Assembly: GCA_021613535.1 (NCBI GenBank) | Contig: CP075497.1 | Span: 11,098,001 to 11,162,000, forward strand | DNA: 64,000 nt | DNA from: Adineta vaga | Lineage: Eukaryota > Animalia > Rotifera | Direction of reading: 5' to 3' | Shown here: positions 24,622 through 37,697 of the stretch, piece after piece | Layout: every line of letters starts with the position of its first letter | Position numbering within the stretch: the stretch's first letter is position 1 | Program-made: the position numbers and the translations under genes | The notes under the pieces: model-generated | The model's database searches: none | Told to the model about the DNA's origin: nothing | What the model saw: only the letters and a program-made list of their open reading frames with translations

Positions 24622-25770
24622 TTAAGTTTTTCGTTTTTGACTTAATCTACTGGAAAGATTTTCTCTCGTTAAATTCAATGTTCCACCAACAATTCGTACG
24701 CAATCTCCACGACGATGTAAAACTACAAGCATTCTCCATGGTAAAGGACATGATCGAATGTCAATTGGTAAATGTAAAAGTCGTTTTGTTCGATGATGTT
24801 TAAGAAAAATTTGTTTTCGTTCACAATCAATTGTTAATGTTAATTCATCCAATGTTCGAATCATTTTATCTCGACCGACTCGTTGTTCTTTTTCTCCATT
24901 TACAACTGAACAATCAAAATTCCACCAACCATTTGTAGACATTGTTTCTAAAGCATGTTCCAGATTCGTTTGTAATGAAGAAATAATACCGAAAAATGGT
25001 GAATCATAGAATTTTTCCAAAATACGAAAACGTATATGATGAGTTCCGGATGTATAATGATTAATACCACAAATACTTGAATATCCTAACCAAGCACCAG
25101 CATAGGAGGTAACAAGGCCATCTTCAAAGATTTCTGCCGGTCCGTTAACTTCATCGAATCGTTCGCGAACTAGAAGTGATGTATCTTGAAAACTTAACAT
25201 ACTTTGATTGAGTGTTAATGTTGATCCATTAAGAAAATGATTTCGTGTTAATTCATTGGTATTTTCTCGTAGTTTTATGAGATGAATACAATCGGATTCT
25301 TCGTCATCTAATATATCGATAATTGGTGCTTTTTCCATTTTATTTCGATATTCTTCTAATTGTTGTATCCATCTTTTCAAATCAACTTCCGTATAATCTT
25401 CAGCTTTTTGACATGCACGAACTTCACTTGTTATTTTTTCAAATGGAATCTTCACTTCGGTATTATTCCGTTCAAGCCATTGTTGTAAATTTAATCGAGC
25501 AGTTGCAGCAGTTTCATGAATTTTTCGAACAGATTCTTGTTCCCATGTATCAATCATGGATGAAAGAAGTTCAACTTCTTTCTCACGATTCATATCACGT
25601 TGTAAGAATTCATGTTCTTCCGCAAGTTTTTCCACATCTTTCGCAACTTTTTCACGATGTTCATCAACATGTTGAGGACAAAAGATTTGTCGACAACCAC
25701 GACACATAAATACATCTCCACCTTTATGACAAGTAGCACAAACTTTCTTTGTAGGCTTAGATGATGTCAT
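24622..25770 (-). CDS. B-box zinc finger + coiled coil + SPRY/B30.2-like protein, intronless
   Basis: CATC...CRGC...FCPQHVDEHR, a helical coiled-coil region, and a beta-rich C-terminus (SGTHHIRFRI, FFGII, LTLTIDCE, CPLPW). Confidence 0.8.
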   Translation of the reverse strand: MTSSKPTKKVCATCHKGGDVFMCRGCRQIFCPQHVDEHREKVAKDVEKLAEEHEFLQRDMNREKEVELLSSMIDTWEQESVRKIHETAATARLNLQQWLERNNTEVKIPFEKITSEVRACQKAEDYTEVDLKRWIQQLEEYRNKMEKAPIIDILDDEESDCIHLIKLRENTNELTRNHFLNGSTLTLNQSMLSFQDTSLLVRERFDEVNGPAEIFEDGLVTSYAGAWLGYSSICGINHYTSGTHHIRFRILEKFYDSPFFGIISSLQTNLEHALETMSTNGWWNFDCSVVNGEKEQRVGRDKMIRTLDELTLTIDCERKQIFLKHHRTKRLLHLPIDIRSCPLPWRMLVVLHRRGDCVRIVGGTLNLTRENLSSRLSQKRKT

Positions 25771-26256
25771 GTAGATTTCTAAAAAGAAGAAAAAAAACTC
25801 CTTCGTTTTCTCTTCTAGATCTGCTAATGAAAAGAATAGTTGACAGAATAAACCGACAATGATTCTTTGTTACTTTTTCGATTTCGAAGGGAGAGAGAGA
25901 GAGAGAAAATGAATAACAACGAAAAAACAAGTGATGTATTTGTGTAGAAGACTGCTGCTAAGCAAAACAAAATAGCTAATCAAAATGTAAATTTCTATTG
26001 AAAGTATTACACATAATTTATTTTTAGTTTTACAGACAAAACACGTCGAGTTGAATAATTATATAGTAATTCTATTTTGTTTATCACTGAATCGATGAAT
26101 TTATTGAGAATGTATTAAAAAAATATATATATTTGTGTTCTTTTTGTTTCACATAAATTATCTAATGATGCACGTGAATCGAGTATTCTGAAAGATTTTA
26201 TTACATATAACAGAGTACAAAAATATCCGACGAATCATTTCATTTGAAGAATAATA

Positions 26257-28012
26257 TCAAACAATTTTTGTTAGTATCACTTTTAGAGTTCGTTGTATTA
26301 ATCGATTGCATAGAGAAGTTATTGAACACGGTGTAAAATTCAAATTTTCTCCTCGAGAATTCGAACGGCCAACATTTGCTAATACAAAGAATGTAATAAG
26401 CGTTATAATGCCTGGTATAAATGAAAGAATTCGTCGATAAAACAATGGACAACAAGTTGGACAATTACTTCGAAAAAAAAACGAAACGACTATTTTCAAA
26501 GAAAACAAATAATTCATCTATACCTGCAAGGATTATATTGTTGAATGAGAGCAATTGCTAATCCATTTGCAAGTTTATCCAAAAATGACATTGTTCCATA
26601 AACAAACGCACTACTTTCCTATTCGAATAAAGAATTAAACAAAAGAAACATATGATTCATGAAAATTACAGTATTTTGACCGATGAAATCAGATGTAAAT
26701 GCACTCGATGTAATCTGTGCAGTTGTTATTCCAATTCCAAGTAAGATCGTTCCAAGAACGATTGTAAATTGCATTGAAATACCGAAAGTTTCTTTCAATA
26801 AGAAAATATACCAGAAAAGAAATGCAGCAAAAAGAATCGCTGTAAGTCCAACGAGTAATGTAACTTTTCGTCCTAAATATTGATTTACTGTACGCATTGG
26901 AAATGAAGTTATAAAACCAGTTAAATAAACACATAATGGTCCTGTCGCAATTAAACTCTATAAAAAAGAAAATCCACATTTATTTCTTTTTATAAATGCT
27001 GAATTTCGAACAAACTCGATCGACTTGACTAGAATCCATAGTATCCATAATATATAATGGTAAATAAACTTGCGAAACATTACTTATAACTCGTGTTAAC
27101 ATCCAAATCAATGAGATAAGATAAAATTGTGAATCAGTTAAAAATTCATGCCAAGTACGAGATGAAATCGGAAGAGATTTATAATATTCTAAATGACAAT
27201 TCTAATTCTAAACAATCAAATTTTCTTATCATACTTGTCACAGTTAATAATTCTTTTGAACCAAAATAAAATATCAATGATGTACAAGATCCAGTTATAA
27301 TAATAATATATGTTAATGTCTACATATTGCAATTGGATTTTAAATTACAATTGAAATTGTTTCTTACTTGAAAAACATTTGCATTCATTTGATTATTATC
27401 GCTTATTTGAGTATTATCCAAAAGGAACCAAGTCACTGTATAAACGAATATATTAGCAACAATTGACCAAGCATGTCGATAGGCATTTAATGCAACTCGT
27501 TCATCGTCTTTCGGTGTTAGTTCATTTAACATTGATAAATGTCCGATTTGTGAACAGGCCCAACCGAATTGAAATATAATGATAAATATTGTATAGTAAA
27601 GAAATGTTGATGAATAAATCAGCATAAGATTAGAATTGGATAATTGAAAACAAAATGGAAATGAACAAAGAACGCAAATGACTCCTAAATGAAAGATTTT
27701 CAATCATTTTTCGAATAGAAAAAGAAACCGATAATATTCACCTAACAAATGCCATGATTTTCGTTTTCCACATACGCCATGTTTTGTTCGATCGGAAGCA
27801 AAACCAACGAGTGTGGTTGATAAAGCATCAGCTATTTGACCAATCAATAACAAATAACCCGCAGAACTATTTGAAAATTTTGCTACTCGATGGTAGAAAA
27901 CTAATGAATAGGAAAACCAGACAGATGCACACAGATCATTAAGAAAATGTCCAATACTAAATGCAAATTTCCGACATGGAACAACATGATCTGAATCCAT
28001 TACATTCTTCAT
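26257..28012 (-). CDS. MFSD12: MFSD12-like major facilitator transporter, multi-exon
   Basis: [65 protein letters not shown] and CPTCC. Confidence 0.88.
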
Positions 28013-28850
28013 TTAATTTCAACAAATGTACTTGATTCAATGTTCACTTATTTAACTTTTCTCTCAAATGCTTATTCATTGACATATTCTCAAAAGAATT
28101 TCCTCTCAATGTTCAAATTAACGAATTACATGTGTACACACGCACATTCTCATTCATCTACGTGTATTTGTCAAGGTACGAACCAGCACGATGACTTAGG
28201 AATGTAAATATAAACAGGTGTCGCACATTGATATTCACAAAAGGAAGAAAATTTTTATTTGAATACAAAGAAAAAAACGTTGAATACAAGAGTCAAGATT
28301 AAGTTCGATGAACTTTGAAAGACATGATCAGACGTAGTGAGATCCATATGTTGCAGATTGTCAAGTTAATAGAGTTAAATAGTTGAATTGATTTTGTACA
28401 TGTTGAAATTCGTGACTACCACGAGGGTAGTGACGATGTGATCACTATTCTCAAATTCGATGAAAATAGATAGAGGAGAAGAAGAAAAAATATACATTAG
28501 CCTCTCTTTCTTTGTCACGCTTCAATGAAGACAATTAAAGTTAATTATACATTTTATCCGTTCGTTCTTTTCTTTCACAAAGATAAACACAAAATAACAG
28601 CAACAGATAACAAACAGTTCATTCACACAACGATTTATAAATGAGCAGCGAGATTTGACAATGAACTTTCTCTGCATAGAGTTTTCGTGATTAGAGATAG
28701 TAAAGATGATTAATGTGTAAAATATTTCAATTCATCTGTCATTTGATTGCCGAAAGCGAAATATCTCAAAGAATTTATTGTAATTTTTCATAGTCATACA
28801 TAGCGAGATTTCTTATTCTCTTGTAAGAAGAAAAAGGACGAGAAACTTTT

Positions 28851-29950
28851 TTATGGTGTAAGTAATTTTCGTAATTCTGAGTTATTTAAACATCCTTTGA
28901 CAAATTCATCACGTGTCAGTTTTCGATCGCCCGTTGTATCGAATTTGCTGATTATCATTTGAGCTGTATCACTTGGTGATGAATGTTGTTTCATATATAT
29001 GTGTCCATTCATTTCATAGATCAATTTAAGAATTCGAGCTAAAAAGAAAATAAATATTTTTAGAAATGTTTGTTTTTAAGAAAATCATATCATTCAAACT
29101 CATTTCTTTTTTATCCAGTAAACCATCTTCATTGATATCATACATGGCAAAAGCAAGATTAAGACGATCTTCGATATTACCTAGAAGAGAAAAAAAAGAT
29201 ACTAATTAATCAGTGAAGATTTCTTCGAACCACTCATTGTCATCGAAATAGTCGTTAGAAATTCTTGAAAATCAACAAAACCTAAAAGTTAAAAGAAATC
29301 ATTTCGTTTCTGAAGACAAAATTCCTTATTTATTAACCATTTTTATCATGATCAAATACTTTGAATGCTAATTCACAAAAAGCATTGGCCTTAATACAAA
29401 TATATCAAATACAAATTTCTTCTCTTTCAACATCCTACTTTTCCTTGAGGATAAAATTGTTGATAAACTTCAATAAATTGCTTTCGATCAAGTTTGCCTA
29501 GGAACAAAATCAATGATAGATCGACTCTTGATTGAATAGAATTCAATATACCTGATGGATGATCACGTATAAAACCTATAGAAAAAGAAAACAATGAAGA
29601 TCATATACAATACTGAATTTACTTTGATGCCATTCACGAATTTGTTGAGCAGAAAATTTTGTTGTGGAAACAAGTAATTCAATTTGTTGATCAGAAAGTT
29701 CAGTTAAATCTGCTACTTTCTTTTTATGTTTCAACATTTTATTACCCATTTTTCTTCTTTCTTTTTCTTCGTTATCTGATGATGAAATGTCAGAAGATGC
29801 AATCAATTTGTTCTTGAGTTCTTCTTTCGTTTTTGTTTCATTACTACTCAGAGTATCGAAAGATATACTTCGGTCTTTTTCACTTGATTTCAATAACGAA
29901 CAAACATTATGTACAAGTGTTGAACAAGTTTGATTTTTCGATGAAGCCAT
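28851..29950 (-). CDS. Neuronal calcium sensor (recoverin/NCS-1/hippocalcin family) EF-hand protein, multi-exon
   Basis: TKFSAQQIREWHQ|GFIRDHPSG, FYPQG, EF loops DHDKNGFVDFQE, DINEDGLLDKKE and DTTGDRKLTRDE, ending EFVKGC...LLTP*. A second in-frame start MGNK lies at 29749. Confidence 0.9.
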
Positions 29951-30665
29951 TTCGAACTAATTATTTTCAAAGTAAAACTTTAGTCGGAGGAGATTGATAA
30001 TCTAAACTAAGCAAGTCATAAAGTGATCATAAAAAAAAGAGCACGAGTTGTATTATTTTATGAGTAAAAGATCAAATGAGAACCTTGTACATTTGTAAGA
30101 CCTTCTCTGCGAGAATGTTATTAGTCAATCGAAAAAAAAAACGGCATTTTGTTCTTTTTCTCTTTAGAATTGGATCCAATTTCAATTAGAATATATTCGT
30201 TCTTTTGCACTCAGTTAATAAAATCAAAGTGAAACATAACACGTCATTATACTAGCGTGTGAGTGGACCATGATGCTGAAATTAATATTTAAAAAAATAA
30301 ATAAACAAAAGATTATTATTTTTTAATTTTAATTTATAAAAATTAGTCCTCGGAGGAAAGTTTACTAGTATGTTGTACTTCATAAAGACAAAACTCATTC
30401 TAACATCCTTCAAACTATCTTCGACAAATTGAATGAATATTTCATTATTACGCATCGATGCAAATCAAGAAAAAAAGGAGATATTTTATTATAGAACAGC
30501 ACATCTAACATAGAAAATAGTTTACCAAGTCTTTGAAGAGAGAATTTTAATGAGTAATTAAAAATAATATTTATAAAAGAAAATTAATGTATAATCCGTG
30601 CTTTTAATATGTAGAGATAGAAAAGTTTTGGTCACAGAATAGATTTTAATCTTCAACTTAAAGTA

Positions 30666-31696
30666 ATGTCGACTTCAGCCAGTATTTATGCAGCAATTGT
30701 TGTCAAATCAATGGTTTTATACATAGGCATGTCTACAGTTATTATTGGTTTACTTGGAAATATTCTTAATACAATCGTTTTTCTTAGTTTGAGAACCTTT
30801 CGAGAGAATTCATGCGCATTTTATTTAACTTTAATGTCATTTGTTAATATTGGCCATTTAATCACAGGTCAACTTACTCGTGTAATGCTGACAGGATTCG
30901 ATATGGATTGGACAGAAACATCATTGTTCTATTGCAAATTTCGAGCATTTAGTCTTCAAACATTTGGTTTTATTTCTTTAACTTGTTTGTGTCTAGCAAC
31001 AATGGATCAATTTCTAGCTACTTGTACTGGCACGTATTGGCAACAATGGAGTACTATCAAAGTAGCTCAACGTTTAGGTGTTTTGTCAATTGTTATTTGG
31101 ATTATTTATTGTATTCCATATTTGATTTTCTATGATTTCAATGTTTCATTAACAACAGGTGCAATTAGTTGTTCAAATATGAATCAAAATTTTCGACAAT
31201 ATCATTCCTATGTGAATAATATTGTTTTATCCGGTGGTTTACCACTTCTTATCACGATTATACTTGGTACATTAGCTTACAAAAATGTTCGACAACTAAC
31301 ATATCGAACAGTTCCACTTGTTCGAAGAGAATTAGATAAACAATTGACAAATATGGTTTTAATTCAAATCATCTTCAGTTGTTTTGCTCTTTTTCCATAC
31401 TTAATCATGAGTATCATACCTTCACTGACAAATACCAACCGTGATGCGAACACTGCTGCTCAATATTCAATGGCTATCAATGCTACTGCCTGTATTTATT
31501 ATTTTAATTATGCAGTAAGGATTCATTTTTAGAGTTATCGAAATAATCATTTGAACATTACTTTTAGTATCCATTTTATATTTATGTTTGTATTTCAAAA
31601 CGATTTCGACAACAATTAATCTTCGTTCTTGTTGGTACACGTTTCAATCGACAACACCAAGTACCTACAAATCAAATTCTGCCGTTAAACATATAA
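30666..31696 (+). CDS. Orphan rhodopsin-like 7TM receptor G1 (lineage-expanded chemoreceptor-like family)
   Basis: 7 hydrophobic segments; family motifs LSLRTFR..SCAFY, ATMDQF and VPLVRRELDKQLT; one short intron in TM7 before YPFYIY..SKRFRQQ. Confidence 0.9.
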
Positions 31697-31810
31697 ATTC
31701 TGTTTTACATCAAAGATGTAATTAAAAACATGATATAATATTCATTAACTTTCTATGTCATATTCAGTGACGTAATATTAGTTTACTAGAAAGCATTAAG
31801 ATTGTCGACT

Positions 31811-32075
31811 TGACATTTTATCGATTTAATAAAATCTCTTTTTTCAGAACTTCCATCGATGAATTCTAACTTTAGATACATCCACATTCAATTCAACATT
31901 TCTCATCAAAGGTTACAAACGTGTTGAAATCTACAAAACTTTAGAGCTTTAATAGAAAACCCTGTAGATGTCGAGTTTTTCTACAGACTCTATTTGAAGT
32001 TAATTTGACCTGAAGTTAGAATTCATCAATCGAATATTTGGAAAAAAAAAAGATGTTATTCTATCGATATTTTCA
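31811..32075. mobile_element. MITE-like element with ~65-bp imperfect terminal inverted repeats
   Basis: Left core TTCCATCGATGAATTCTAACTTTAGAT (31851-31877) matches the reverse complement of the right arm, TTCGATTGATGAATTCTAACTTCAGGT (32008-32034). Similarity extends outward to ~31811 and ~32075. No ORF. Confidence 0.6.
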
Positions 32076-32608
32076 CGTTTATTTCGAATAAAATGTACCA
32101 AACAAACGATTTTCTTTTTCATTTTCTGGTTGATAAAACTCAAATACAATCCACTGATATCGTACTGAGAGTAAAAATTATAAATAATCTATAACGCAGT
32201 TCAATATCATGCATGAATGTAAACGTATTTCCGCTAGTTAGCTTTGTTCTCAAAGTTTTCTTTACAATTTGTCAAACTAGGTTCTAATTATAAAATTGTT
32301 TTCATGTTCATTATTTCTCCATGGAAATTCTAATTAAAACTAGACAGAAAATTTTCATTGTTCTGTTTGAAATATAGAGTTACATAGTAGAATATGTTAT
32401 GCAATTTGAAATTCTGCTTGTTTACTGTTAAATGTCGCGTATCAACTCAAACTTTGATCCGTTTCTATTTGCAATTTCTTTGATAAGTAGATTATTGCTT
32501 TGATTTCATTTGCGAATTATAGGAATTCTTTGAAATTTTATTTTTAATGAACGAACAAACATCTACACATATAAAAATAATGGGTATAATGAAAATTTGT
32601 GATTATGA

Positions 32609-33616
32609 TTAAGGTGCAATTTGTTGAAGGGTGATGATTTTAGGTTGATTTTCTTGATAATAAAGACGAAAAATAACAAAAAGAAATTGTTGTCGAAATC
32701 GTTTTGATATCAATATATAAATATAGAATGAACCCTTGAAAAAGAAAAGTTGTTTTCTTAAAGAAAGAAAAGGTTTCATGGTCAGTATTGAACTTACGAT
32801 AAAATGCATGTAAAACAAGTTTCCAATAATTGTAAATACAAAATTAAATGCTTCACTTGTATTTGAATTTGTCTGTAAATGTGTACTACCAATAAGAATA
32901 TTGATGATAATAAAGGGTACAACAACAAAGAAACTATAAACGACTTGAACAAGAACCATTGACGTCAATTGTCTATCGAGTTCTCGTCGAACGAATGGTA
33001 CTGTTCGATAAGGTATTTGTCTAACATTCCAATACGCTAATGATCCGAAAATGACATTAATAATCATTGGTAATATACCAGTTAATATCAAAATATAAAC
33101 ATAAGTAACATATTGTTGATAGATAATATTTGTATTTATACATAACATTTTATTTGAAATTTCGAAAAAAATTAAAGGTGGAATTTCATGTAAACTCCAA
33201 ATAATAATAACACTCAATGAAAGACATCGAGCTAGTTTTATATTAGAAAATTGTTGCCATTGACGACGAGAACTTGTAGCCATAAATTGATCAATAGTCG
33301 CCAAACACATACATGAAAATGACATTAATGAACATATATGTAAAAACATCGTTCGAAATTTACAATAAAATAATGACGTTTTAGTCCAATCAATACCAAA
33401 TCCTGTAATCATTATACGAGAAAAAACACTCATAAGTAATTGACCAATATTAAAAAATGACATAACAGTTAAATAGAATGCACATGAATTTTGTCGAAAG
33501 GTTTTTAAACTTAGAAAAACAATACAATTTATAATTCCTCCGAAAAGACCAGCAAGAAGAATACTGGCACCCCAATACAATGTTATTTGTTGAGAAATGG
33601 TTGTAAGAGATGACAT
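32609..33616 (-). CDS. Orphan 7TM receptor G2
   Basis: Same family motifs. The TM7 intron (32797-32735, 63 nt) is in frame and stop-free, so the track ORF reads through it. Confidence 0.9.
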   Translation of the reverse strand: MSSLTTISQQITLYWGASILLAGLFGGIINCIVFLSLKTFRQNSCAFYLTVMSFFNIGQLLMSVFSRIMITGFGIDWTKTSLFYCKFRTMFLHICSLMSFSCMCLATIDQFMATSSRRQWQQFSNIKLARCLSLSVIIIWSLHEIPPLIFFEISNKMLCINTNIIYQQYVTYVYILILTGILPMIINVIFGSLAYWNVRQIPYRTVPFVRRELDRQLTSMVLVQVVYSFFVVVPFIIINILIGSTHLQTNSNTSEAFNFVFTIIGNLFYMHFIVSSILTMKPFLSLRKQLFFFKGSFYIYILISKRFRQQFLFVIFRLYYQENQPKIITLQQIAP

Positions 33617-34573
33617 TAATAAGGTTCGCGAAAATACATCGAATGAAAATTATTTTTCTCCTTTTCTAATTCATTAAAATCTATGAAGGAAAAGTTAATG
33701 CTTTAAATCTCTTTCTTGTTAATCACGCATGATAAATTAAAAATAATGTATGGATTAGAGATTGCTATAATAACAAACTTCGTATCAAAGTTTTTCGATG
33801 TATATAATTTTAACCATGACTCGAATTTAATACATTTTATGAGGTGAAGTCAAAATCTATCTTGTAGTTCGTTCTTGACTCATTTTTTAATATTTATAAG
33901 AGCACTTATATAAAATGACGTGTTTAGATATCATTGCTTATCGAATGACAGCTTGAAGTATAAGACGAGTATAAAAAGAAGGGATAATCTTTATTTTGTT
34001 TAGAAATTTTATATTGATACATAATTGTTGCGAAATTTCTCTAATTTTAGCTATGAAATAACTGCAATAGTTAAATGTTTTTTCATTGACAGTCATATTG
34101 CTTTATACGCATTACAAATTAAGTTCTTTACCGTTCATAGTGCTTTTTGTTTAGAAGAAAAACTTGAAAAAGGATTGATTAAAATGATATTTTGATCAAA
34201 TCATAATATACTCCATTTCTATATTATTTCCAATGAAATGTACATCGATCTATTGTCAAACGCACTCTCAATGAATGACATCTTTCTCTTTAATTGCTTA
34301 TAAATATTTCGAATATGGTTAAATAATAAGAATAAAATCTCACTGCATCAAGGAATACAATTCTTTTACAGATATTAATATTTACTCGCTATGAAAATAA
34401 CAATACTCCTCATTAAATTTCTTTATGTGAAAGTAATGTTTCCTTATTCTTTTGTTCCACATTGTTTCATGATATTAAGCTTTAAATACCTTCGTCGCGA
34501 CTTTTCTACTCTTTGCCCTTCTACAAAGAGAGAGTCATTTAGTCTCGCAATAACTCATAATTTGCTAGATAGA

Positions 34574-35629
34574 ATGTCGTCCTCAACTATCAATTTGATG
34601 ACTGCTGTTTCAAAATATATGACAATTTGTCTCGGAATACCTTTCCTTATCGCAGGTCTTCTTGGTGCTTGTCTCAACATCATTGTCTTTCTTAGTCTCA
34701 AGACTTTTCGACAAAGTTCATGTGCCTTTTTCTTAACTATCATGTCATTTGTCAACATTGGTCAACTCCTGACAGGTCTTCTCTCACGCATTCTCATCAG
34801 TGGATTTAACATCAATCTCACAGAAACATCATTGGCATACTGTAAATTTAGAAATTATTGTCTTCAAGTATGCACATTAACATCCTATACATGTATGTGT
34901 TTGGCAACAATTGATCAGTTTCTGGCAACATCACTTCGACCTCGATGGCAACAATATTTGACCATACGAAAAGCATACTTGTTATGTATATTATTCTTTG
35001 TTATTTGGCTTTTGCATGGTATTCCAACTCTGATTTATTACAATTTGGATAAATCACCTGTTTCAGGAAGAATGATCTGTGTTATAACAAATTCAGTTTA
35101 CGACCTGTATATAACAGATGTTTATTTGATCATTTTGACTGGCATTTTACCTGTCACAATCACTATAGTATTCGGATCTTTAGCATATCGAAATGTTCGA
35201 CAAATTCCTTATCGAACGATTCCATTAGTTCGACGAGAACTTGATAAACAACTGACATCAATGGTTCTTGTTCAAGTTGTTCACAATATCTTTACCATTG
35301 TTCCATGTATTGTGACAAAAACTATATTCACTTTTTCAGGAATATCCCCTCAATCTACAAATTATATCGCACTAGTTTTTGGTAGTGCCATCTCTGGTTG
35401 CACTTATTATCTTCATTTTACAGTGAATAGAAAGTTAGACGATGTGAGATTGATAATGCAAGTTTATTGTCTATTCTAGAATCCATTTTATATCTATGTT
35501 TGTGTATCAAAACGATTTCGTCAACAATTTCTTCATATTTTCATCGGGATTTATTTGAAACGAGATCAAAAACGTGTTGTAATTGGTATCAATCAAATCG
35601 TACCACAAAACATTAGAAGTGACTTATAG
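34574..35629 (+). CDS. Orphan 7TM receptor G3
   Basis: Starts MSSSTINL (the paralog G4 supports this ATG); family motifs; TM7 intron; last exon NPFYIY..SKRFRQQ. Confidence 0.9.
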
Positions 35630-37697
35630 AAAATACTTCGTATTTATTTTTATCCGAATACAAGAAAATGAACAGAAATAGATGCAGAGAATGAATTGTT
35701 TTCTAACAACTTAAATACGTCATAAAAATTCTTTACAGTAAATAGAATAATTTTGTATTCTTTTTATTTATCTCGTCATTGTTCGAAAGTTGTTTGTTCA
35801 TCGTGTTTTTTTCCCAAAATAATAAACAAAAATAAGACGACACATCTACTTCTTGATACCATGGGCGCAACATGAGTCTATTTTGATAAGTTACTTTTTA
35901 GATTCTCACACATGATCATACCTAGGAACATAAGGTAAAAAGAAGTTCAACTAATTTCAGCTCAGTATCACTCCATGAATTGTAAGTCACCTGCAAAATT
36001 ATAGTCACTTGATTACGGAAAGGAAAATGAATTGATGTACTTTCAAAGATTCAAGCAATGATTACTAATAATAGGATTAAAACAAAACGATCTAATAAAA
36101 TTCGAGAATACAGTTTTAACACATCAAATTTTTCACTTTTCATAAGCGTTTTTAGAACATTCTCTTTCAATTATAATGGTCATGCACTATCCTGATGTAA
36201 CTATTTATCATTTTTTTGTTTTTTTTTTGATACTAAAATAAATTCTTAATTACTCTGATTCAGTAATTTATTACGGAAATATAGACAAGTTTTATCTCGC
36301 ATCTGCTTTGTTGTATAATATAGCAATAGTTTATAAATAAAATTAGAATGAAAAGGTTCATGCTGACTTATTCGATATAATTAATGATATATATCTTAAC
36401 TTGTGAATGTTCTGCAAACTATTCCGATTGAATCGATAGAAAAAAAAATTCATAAATCATTCATGTTTTGATAATTTATTTTTATTATGTCAAATGAATA
36501 TGATGAATTGCAGCAATAGGCAAAAATATTGAAATGGAATATTCATTTGATAAACTCATGGTGTAGTACACAGAACTACGTTTTCACATCGACTGCTATG
36601 AGAATAATAATTTAAGTTCGTAAATCAATAGTTTTCATGATATATGTGGAATATCCTCACCCATTCGATATTCGATGAATGAATGTTGTTGGATTATAGA
36701 AAAGTCTTCGAGATTGATGCAATTTATATAAAATCAACGAAATTGAAATAGGTGGTAGTAAATCTAAAGTATAGAAAGATGTTTGCTATGGACGGATTCT
36801 TGTCCAGGTGAAATAATTCATATGAATAATGATTTTACGTATTCTCTGTCGTTTAATCATGTTTTTTCTTTGAATTGTCTGTTTTCTTTGCTTTTTATAT
36901 AGAGCACAGAAAGAATTAGAAAGGATCATAAAATTAAGATGAAATAAATCGTATAAAAAAATTTAATTATAACAGAAAAGAATACTGAATTGAACATAAT
37001 CGTGTTGTTATCTATTTATAACTATAGCATGAAAGAGCCGTTTTTAATTAGAAGTTGAATCGAATAATGAAATTTTAACTTTTGTATCATAAAACTCGAA
37101 TATATATTGTTGAAAATGATACTCTTATCATGAATTTTTCAGACACAGAATGTATATAATTGCAGAAAAGAATCTACGGATGGTAGTCTTCTTAGTCAAG
37201 ACACCCCGTTTTTAGATTCAATGAAAAAGAAAACTACGGTATTTGAAAAATACGTAGCAAAAACTTGATACAATGATTGAATGTGAAATGATTTGGTAAA
37301 CTACTTTCATTCCTCTTTTTCACTATCAAATTTTTAAAAATCAGATAACAGATCATTTTTACTCGGTTTATGGAGACACTCGCTCTACTGAGACTTGTCG
37401 AAAGTTCTTAGCAATGTAGAATCAATGAGTGAAAATCTTATTTTGCCCAATAGCTATATTGCTTTCACACTATTTTAAATAAAAAATTCTTAGAAAAATC
37501 TTTTTGATTAAGAGTGGATTGTACTCAGCAACAAGTAGTTTAATACATTCTTTTAGAAAGAGGCATATATCAATTACTAAAGAATTATAAAACGTCATTT
37601 TTCAATTAAAATATATATTGTCGCAGAAGAGTGAATCAATTTTATTGTGTTTAGAAAGATTCATTAAACTAATCGTGGTGCACAAACGCATTGAGCA

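Noticed and set aside
34391-34573. 61-aa N-terminal extension of G3 in the ORF track
   Set aside because: The paralogs start at the MSSS-equivalent Met, so this is probably a chance open frame.
37170-37260. Small hairpin CTACGGTATTT...AAATACGTAG, possible transposon end
   Set aside because: It is too short and no matching second end was found.
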